Virus record (IMG/VR): IMGVR_UViG_3300042368_000845
Length of the DNA: 64,000 nt
Source of the DNA: an uncultured virus (IMG/VR IMGVR_UViG_3300042368_000845)
Taxonomy: Duplodnaviria; Heunggongvirae; Uroviricota; Caudoviricetes
Direction: 5' to 3' (one strand)
Notes under the pieces: model-generated
What the model saw: only the letters and a program-made list of their open reading frames with translations
What the model was told of the DNA's origin: nothing
Database searches by the model: none
Program-made: the position numbers and the translations under genes
Shown: positions 58,259-64,000 of the stretch, piece by piece
Numbering within the stretch: the first letter of the stretch is position 1
How the letters are laid out: each line of letters starts with the position of its first letter

Positions 58259-58815
58259 TACGTTCCCCTAAATTTTGCTCGAAAGCCTCCAAGCATTGCT
58301 TGAAGCGATGATGGTGTAGCAATAGAACCAGCTAAAGTAACTGGTGGTCTATTGGTTGGATTTATAGATCTAACTGCCTCTGGTGTTGTTCCCATAGAAC
58401 TTGCAGATTGTGGTCTAATAGTTTCAACATCGGACACTCCAGGATCTACTGGTAGTGCTTCATCTTGCGTTTGATTATTCGCCCCAGATCCATTCATGGC
58501 TCGACCAGCCACTGCTTGTGCTACACCACCTACTGTGGCCCTTCCAATTGGTGTACGTCCAAATGTTCTTGATCTAGTAAGAATATTTCCTACTTTTGCT
58601 TTAACTGCTGTTTGAGCCGTTCCCATAGCGGCACGAGATGAAGCAGCACTTCTACCAGCAGCACTTGCTGCTGATGATGCAGTCCTAGAAAGAACTCCTC
58701 CTCCTGCTCTTACTACACTTGGTACTAACCGTGCAGCAGCAGCAAGTAAAGGAGCAATGAACTCATCTAATTGTTCTTGTTCTGCGAGATATGTTTTGAA
58801 TGATTTTAATTCCAT
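58258..58815 (-). CDS. Ala/Gly/Arg-rich probable capsid-internal protein
   Basis: LKSFKTYLAEQEQLDE leader followed by FIAPLLAAAAR. Confidence 0.6.
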   Translation of the reverse strand: MELKSFKTYLAEQEQLDEFIAPLLAAAARLVPSVVRAGGGVLSRTASSAASAAGRSAASSRAAMGTAQTAVKAKVGNILTRSRTFGRTPIGRATVGGVAQAVAGRAMNGSGANNQTQDEALPVDPGVSDVETIRPQSASSMGTTPEAVRSINPTNRPPVTLAGSIATPSSLQAMLGGFRAKFRGT

Positions 58816-59102
58816 TTTTTACCCGATCTATTTGATGCGATATCAAGATTTTTATGAAATCGCTTTGGCATACCTTTTTTCATTCTATTCATAAGTTGAT
58901 TCCATTGACCGCCTGTTTTTTTATTAGGTGTCATGTTAATATCAGAAGCAACGCCTTGAACAAATCCAGTATAATTTCTTACAATTTTATGTTCTGTGCA
59001 TTTTTCACATGCTTCAGATAGTGGTTTCTCTCTGTCGTCAATAGAACAAAAACGATCAAATTCATGATTACAATTTTGACAGATATATCCGTAATTAGGC
59101 AT
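58806..59102 (-). CDS. FmdB-family zinc-ribbon protein
   Basis: MPNY.Y.C..C.HEF.........P...C..C. Confidence 0.75.
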   Translation of the reverse strand: MPNYGYICQNCNHEFDRFCSIDDREKPLSEACEKCTEHKIVRNYTGFVQGVASDINMTPNKKTGGQWNQLMNRMKKGMPKRFHKNLDIASNRSGKKWN

Positions 59103-59200
59103 CTTTTTTCTTTCCAAATGTTCTTTTCACATTTACAACTCTTCTTGGTTGAAATTTAGAAGTTGGTTTTGGTGTTTCTTTTTTAGTTTCTTTTTTCATT

Positions 59201-60010
59201 TTATTTTCCGTAATAAAAATTATGTATAGTATCTACATACCATTTTTTTGGTTCTTCTTTTGACCCTATCCCAACATTCCAGTGTTTAGTGAATCTATAC
59301 AAATCATCTTTTGATAATGGTTTATGAATATCAATACCTAATTCATCACCTTTTGCTTTAATAACCTTAAGTATTAATTCTGTGTGTTTATCAGCATGTT
59401 CTTCACCACCAAGATCACCCATTCCATTAAACCCATATGTTGGATGTTTTTTACCGTGGGTCAAAAGTTTTTTTCCTTGTTGAAGAAATTTAGTAACAAA
59501 TTCACTTTTTTCAATTTTACCTTGATTAACAAATCCTTCCACAGTTGATCTTGTTAATTGTGCTGGACCATAAGCAGATGAATTAGTAGATACTCTGTTT
59601 CTAACATGAATTTTAGGATCATACGCATATGGATCTTTTCCGACTACTCCACGATGTTCAGCAGATACAATCGCACCATAAAGTCTTTTCGCATGTTCAG
59701 AACCATAATCAAATTCTTTTGCCTTTTCATTTGTGGTCTGTGGAGCTTTTTGAGTAACTTTTTGTTGTGTATTTGTTGTCTGCTGAGTATTTACAGGTTT
59801 TTGTTGTTGAACTGTAGATGTTGTAGGTTGTGTTGGAACACTAGGTTGAACAATTGGCTCCTGTGGTGCAAATCTACCAATACCAAGAGCCTTTGCACCA
59901 GCTGCCATACCACTTACAAGACTACCACCTACGATCACACCAGTAGCAAGACCTTTTGCAAGTGACTTAAGATCAACCTCTGCGATATATTTCTTATCTT
60001 CAACAATCAT
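59201..60010 (-). CDS. Protein with hydrophobic N-terminus, Q/T/P linker and lysozyme/SLT-like C-domain
   Basis: YIAE site; AIVSAE (candidate catalytic Glu) ... SSAYGPAQLT ... HWN.G. Confidence 0.55.
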   Translation of the reverse strand: MIVEDKKYIAEVDLKSLAKGLATGVIVGGSLVSGMAAGAKALGIGRFAPQEPIVQPSVPTQPTTSTVQQQKPVNTQQTTNTQQKVTQKAPQTTNEKAKEFDYGSEHAKRLYGAIVSAEHRGVVGKDPYAYDPKIHVRNRVSTNSSAYGPAQLTRSTVEGFVNQGKIEKSEFVTKFLQQGKKLLTHGKKHPTYGFNGMGDLGGEEHADKHTELILKVIKAKGDELGIDIHKPLSKDDLYRFTKHWNVGIGSKEEPKKWYVDTIHNFYYGK

Positions 60011-60244
60011 TCAGATTTCTTTCTTTATATTTTCTACACTTATGTGATGTGCATTTTTGAATAAGTGGATCACCAGATTTATTTAATCCAGATCTTAAAT
60101 ATTTGTTAACAGTCAACTTCTTTTCTCTTTTAAGACAGCGAAATAATTTATCCTCAAAGTGATTCATGATAACCTCCAGATAAAACATCATCAGGATCTT
60201 CTGGTATTTCGTATGGACCTTGCAGACCATCGATGTTCATGTAA

Positions 60245-60484
60245 TTATTTATTTGGCTTTGTATTTACATTACGATCTAAGGTGGTATATCCTAATTTTT
60301 TTGCTGCTTGTTCAGGATGATCACCACGATCCATCATTTTATCATGCTGATCTTGTATATGTTGAGGTGCAGTAGATATATGAGGTCTATCAGTTTCCTC
60401 AGTTATTTTTTTGATGGGATTTACATTTCTCTTTCCCTTCAATTGTCTCAACTTATCGATAATCTGTTTAGCTTTTATTCTCAT
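60245..60484 (-). CDS. Small basic hypothetical protein
   Basis: ORF divergent from 60510 across an AT-rich late-promoter-like spacer; ITEE site. Confidence 0.45.
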   Translation of the reverse strand: MRIKAKQIIDKLRQLKGKRNVNPIKKITEETDRPHISTAPQHIQDQHDKMMDRGDHPEQAAKKLGYTTLDRNVNTKPNK

Positions 60485-60509
60485 ATTTCTATTTATTATA
60501 AATATTTTT

Positions 60510-60653
60510 ATGAAATTTAAGAAATTATTATCTAAAATTCACGAACAGAGTGGATCTGGAAATGCAGTAAATATTTTGCGTCATGTAGAAACATTACGAA
60601 ATAGAATAAAAAGACCTTCACCTAATACTAAACCATATTCAGCTAAAACGTAA
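60510..60653 (+). CDS. Small late protein (MKFKKLLSKIHE leader)
   Basis: TATAAATA at 60497-60504; ends at a terminator. Confidence 0.55.
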   Translation: MKFKKLLSKIHEQSGSGNAVNILRHVETLRNRIKRPSPNTKPYSAKT

Positions 60654-60682
60654 TAAGAGGGCGATTACTCGCCCTCTTATTA
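60651..60682. terminator. Bidirectional terminator
   Basis: TAATAAGAGGGCG-ATTACT-CGCCCTCTTATTA perfect stem between convergent stops. Confidence 0.75.
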
Positions 60683-61072
60683 AGCCACTTCTTCTGGCTT
60701 TCGATTCCTAAGTTGATAATCTAGCCAGTAGTCCTTCCAATCCTTTCGAGATGTCCTCTTGTAAGGATATTTAATATCGTTAATTTCAAGGAAAGAATCA
60801 TCTACATCATGAAGATGGCAGTAATGTGATGGTCGCACATCACGTGGATCGTTATACATTCGTGTCTTTGCATCACCATGTTGTGATGTTTTAATCAACT
60901 TTAAAGTTCCAGGAAGAGTATTAATATTAAAATAATACTTGATAATATCAGAATCTGAAAGATTCTGCCACCAAGATACAAACTGTTCTTCAGTCATACC
61001 TGGCTTCCAATTATATGTGCGATATCCATATTCTTCGTTAAGAAAGATTTGTAGTTCGTTATTCATAATCAA
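60680..61072 (-). CDS. Hypothetical protein
   Basis: EEYGYR..W motif; ORF in minus-strand run. Confidence 0.55.
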   Translation of the reverse strand: MIMNNELQIFLNEEYGYRTYNWKPGMTEEQFVSWWQNLSDSDIIKYYFNINTLPGTLKLIKTSQHGDAKTRMYNDPRDVRPSHYCHLHDVDDSFLEINDIKYPYKRTSRKDWKDYWLDYQLRNRKPEEVA

Positions 61073-61271
61073 ATGTTGTAATAATTTTTTTTAAAAAGTC
61101 AATTTCTTCATCAGAAAACATTGTATTGTCATGTGTCTTCAATAAGTTTTCTGCTATAATAAATGCCCTGCTATAAATTTCATTAGACTGAGATGATTTT
61201 CCCTGATCTGCCAATTCGTATGATTTTTGAATTAAATCATGTACGGTATTGATTCGATCAGATATCATCAT
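61059..61271 (-). CDS. Small hypothetical protein
   Basis: Overlap-coupled ORF. Confidence 0.45.
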   Translation of the reverse strand: MMISDRINTVHDLIQKSYELADQGKSSQSNEIYSRAFIIAENLLKTHDNTMFSDEEIDFLKKIITTFDYE

Positions 61272-61283
61272 TATTGGTATCCA

Positions 61284-61538
61284 TCAATAGAAGTGTTGGA
61301 TGAAACGGGTCTTACTGTTTTGGTAAACAAAGATGTCCTCAATTTCATCGTCTTCACTGGGGAGATCTTCGAATTCTTCGTCAAAGTCGTATTCAGTTTC
61401 TTCATCCACCCGTGGTTTAGGGTTTTTGTTTGGATCTTCATCAGTAATTCCTTGAGTAATAATAAAAATTGATTCTGAGTCTGACATTTTTACTCCGTAG
61501 TCATATTTATGAAATTTTTGTTTTATGATACTCATCAT
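61284..61538 (-). CDS. Small acidic hypothetical protein
   Basis: D/E-rich ORF; true start may be internal (MSDSES). Confidence 0.45.
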   Translation of the reverse strand: MMSIIKQKFHKYDYGVKMSDSESIFIITQGITDEDPNKNPKPRVDEETEYDFDEEFEDLPSEDDEIEDIFVYQNSKTRFIQHFY

Positions 61539-61794
61539 AAATTTTTTGATTGATTCCCCTCAACATGCACATTTCTTTAAATGTTGAATTCTTTCTTTCG
61601 ATTTTTGTATCAATACTTGTTAGTTGGTTATAGTAATGATCTGTGATTTGATATGAGAATGTTCCATCTGTATCTACAAATACATCTAGAACATTATCCT
61701 TTAACATTAGTTCAATTTCTCTTTCCATCTCAACGATGTTATAAATTGTTTGAACATAATACGCTACGTTTGTAAAGTTAGGTGTATTTTCCAT
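61507..61794 (-). CDS. Hypothetical protein
   Basis: ORF in minus-strand run. Confidence 0.5.
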   Translation of the reverse strand: MENTPNFTNVAYYVQTIYNIVEMEREIELMLKDNVLDVFVDTDGTFSYQITDHYYNQLTSIDTKIERKNSTFKEMCMLRGINQKIYDEYHKTKIS

Positions 61795-61827
61795 AGGTCA
61801 CAACCTTGTCACATGAATTCAAACCTG

Positions 61828-62448
61828 TCACACATTCCATACAAAACTGTCACAAATTTTTTGAAGCCCCGTCACATGTATGTCAGTGATCATCTTATCA
61901 TTTTTCTTTGCTGCGTAATGTTTCCAATTTGCTCTTGCATATGACGCTGGTAAAAACTTCATTCTCAAAATTTTTGATTGGATAAGCTTTTGTGGTAGTG
62001 TAGTATAGTCTTCATCATAAAAACGGTCAACAAAAATTTCTAAAATTTGATCAGTATTGTTAAATGAAAAATATTGCACAGCAATTCTTCGATCAAAATT
62101 AATTTGTTTTGAGATTACAACATTATCTTTGTATTTTCTCAAGATAGGAATTTTAAATTCAGTATAATCAGATGACATGTAGAAAGGATTGTCCTGTCTC
62201 ACAACATATCTAAGACCGTCATATAATTTCAGTCTGTTGATTTCGCTTTTTACATTTTCTGATAATATATTGTACTTCACATACCATCTCTGTTCTATTG
62301 AGTCAAAAAGACTCCCAAAACCCTTTACAAAAGTCCTATAATTTATTGATAATTTGTTACGAAATGGTATATGCAAATAAACATCATCAATGTCATTATA
62401 ACTCATTTCGGGAGTCACACGATTAAGTGGTAATAACTCATTTGCCAT
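61828..62448 (-). CDS. Hypothetical protein
   Basis: GAGGA RBS; YL.IPF......VK..G..FD....WY element. Confidence 0.55.
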   Translation of the reverse strand: MANELLPLNRVTPEMSYNDIDDVYLHIPFRNKLSINYRTFVKGFGSLFDSIEQRWYVKYNILSENVKSEINRLKLYDGLRYVVRQDNPFYMSSDYTEFKIPILRKYKDNVVISKQINFDRRIAVQYFSFNNTDQILEIFVDRFYDEDYTTLPQKLIQSKILRMKFLPASYARANWKHYAAKKNDKMITDIHVTGLQKICDSFVWNV

Positions 62449-62526
62449 ACTATCAACTTCCTCACGTCCTATAACTAACTATCAACAAATACTATCAACT
62501 TTGGCAAAAAAAAGAGGACACTCGCA

Positions 62527-62757
62527 TCAAACGATGCGAATGCCTCCGTTGCGACCGCGAGTGAAAGTAATCCGTGATCCGAAATGATCGACAAGAATCT
62601 TTCGCATTTCGTTGGTCGTGACACCAAACTGTTTTGAGAGTGAAAGAACCGTAACCTTTTCACCCGAATTGAAACGATTTTCTGCATCAACGCAAATCGA
62701 CTTGTACTGATCTGTGTTGAGATTGCCACTAACGACTGTGTTGTTGTTCATGCTCAT
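62527..62757 (-). CDS. Small winged-HTH-like DNA-binding protein
   Basis: LSKQFGVT..EMRK.L.......F.RGRNGGI; TTGACA-17-TACAAT promoter on minus strand at 62758-62786. Confidence 0.6.
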   Translation of the reverse strand: MSMNNNTVVSGNLNTDQYKSICVDAENRFNSGEKVTVLSLSKQFGVTTNEMRKILVDHFGSRITFTRGRNGGIRIV

Positions 62758-62787
62758 ATTGTACTTCCTTTCTCTCTTGCTGTCAAT

Positions 62788-62816
62788 GGGGAGGGTAAGA
62801 CCACCTTACCCTCCCC
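62788..62816 (-). terminator. GC-rich hairpin downstream of CobS-like gene
   Basis: GGGGAGGGTAAG-ACCAC-CTTACCCTCCCC. Confidence 0.55.
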
Positions 62817-62825
62817 GACGTTTAC

Positions 62826-64000
62826 TCAGAACGGTGGTTCATTTGGATCGACTGCGGTAGCGGGTGCTGTGTTCTTGTTCACAGGAGGATTGACAGTCTC
62901 ATCAATCTTCGTGTAGAGGGAATAGAACCCGTCCTGCGTGTCACGATCGAATCGTGCGAGTGCCATCTGCACAGACTTTGGCTTGTCCTTGAACACGGAG
63001 TATGCCTTGACGATGTTCAGCAGACGACGAGTAGACACGATCTCATCAACCGCACCCTCATTGAATGACTTGCGGATCATCTCTGCCCAAGTCACAAGGT
63101 TGTCAGCGAACTGGTGATCGTCAATTCCATACTTGGAGAGTGCCTTGACGATGATCTTCTTCTCAGTACTCTTCGGTGCGTAGGACTGTTCGTAGGTGTA
63201 ATCGAAACGATCAAGGAATGCCTCGTTCATCACGTTCGTGCCGATGAATCGACCATCGTCAGAACCCTTGCCCTTGGTGTTTGCCGTTGCCACCACACAG
63301 AAGCCCTTGGCAGGAGTCACCCAAACATTCTGCTTCTTGACATACACACCCTTTCCCTCAAGGACGCTTTGGAGGCACATGATCTTCTCCGTGCCAAGGT
63401 CAACCTCGTCAAGCAAAAGAACCGCACCACGCTTCATGGCCTCGACAACAGGGCCATCCTGCCACACGGTGCTTCCATTCACAAGACGCATACCACCGAT
63501 CAGATCATCCTCATCGGTCGTTCCGATGATGTTGACGCGGTAGCACTCTCGCTTCAACTTCGCACAAATCTGTTCGATCATGGTTGTCTTGCCGTTGCCC
63601 GACATACCAGTAAGGTAGATCGTGAAGAAATCCTTGGACGAGAGAAGACGGTGAATGTCCTCGTAGTGACCCCATGCGACATACTCAGGGTTTACGTCGG
63701 GGACGAGGGAGGTGCGATCACCCATCGTCATGCCAAGGACTGCTGATGCCATATTGAGCGTTGTCGTGGAAGTTTCAATCATTGTGTTTTCCTTTGTTTC
63801 AATCATTGTATCAGAAATCTCAGGGATGTGGTAGACACCGTGAGAGATTTTTCGATCTTTTTCAAGACACCACGATGGTGGATTTGAGAGGCCAATCATG
63901 TTCGCCGCACGAATAAGTTCTGCACGGCTGACAGAGGTGGTCTTGATGCCGTTGGTGCGAAGGCTGTCGATAAATTTTTGTTGTTCCGTGGTGAGGTTCA
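62826..64000 (-). CDS. CobS/MoxR-like AAA+ ATPase (5' end may lie at or beyond window edge)
   Basis: GMSGNGKT, TDEDDLIGG, GPVVEAM.RGA.LLLDE.D, ATANTKG.G, NEAFLDRF, STRRL. Confidence 0.85.
   Translation of the reverse strand, partial: NLTTEQQKFIDSLRTNGIKTTSVSRAELIRAANMIGLSNPPSWCLEKDRKISHGVYHIPEISDTMIETKENTMIETSTTTLNMASAVLGMTMGDRTSLVPDVNPEYVAWGHYEDIHRLLSSKDFFTIYLTGMSGNGKTTMIEQICAKLKRECYRVNIIGTTDEDDLIGGMRLVNGSTVWQDGPVVEAMKRGAVLLLDEVDLGTEKIMCLQSVLEGKGVYVKKQNVWVTPAKGFCVVATANTKGKGSDDGRFIGTNVMNEAFLDRFDYTYEQSYAPKSTEKKIIVKALSKYGIDDHQFADNLVTWAEMIRKSFNEGAVDEIVSTRRLLNIVKAYSVFKDKPKSVQMALARFDRDTQDGFYSLYTKIDETVNPPVNKNTAPATAVDPNEPPF

Noticed and set aside
62826..63899. Cobalamin biosynthesis role for the CobS-like gene
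   Set aside because: This MoxR-type ATPase is common in T4-like phages and no other cob genes are visible; a link to NrdJ is unsupported here

Overview
Fragment of a large, AT-rich T4-like (myovirus-type) bacteriophage genome, standard genetic code. 1-10.7 kb: nucleotide-sugar biosynthesis and glycosyltransferase cluster (RmlB, NeuB-like, TPP enzyme, two methyltransferases, epimerase/reductase, RfbH/DdhC, GT2-TPR). 10.7-29.1 kb: late-promoter (TATAAATA) region of fibre/collagen/lectin-like virion proteins with duplications and gene relics. 29.2-47 kb: replication/nucleotide module (dUTPase, family B DNA polymerase, UvsX, gp41 helicase, gp61 primase, ThyX, class II RNR). The polymerase is split at the fingers tip into two genes about 8 kb apart. 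The gap holds TrmH, tRNA-Leu, tRNA-Tyr, a tRNA-like RNA lacking an anticodon loop, an LpxH-like hydrolase, a PEP-CTERM protein, an HNH, a dehydrogenase, a holin-like gene and gmd. 47-64 kb: protease-dockerin, RuvC-like resolvase, a candidate holin/unimolecular-spanin pair, a minus-strand run of probable capsid-internal modular proteins, an exonuclease and a CobS/MoxR ATPase. The VPAP-type PEP-CTERM and dockerin-like tails suggest a planctomycete (Phycisphaerae-like) host; this is inference. All assignments come from motif recognition by eye, without database searches.
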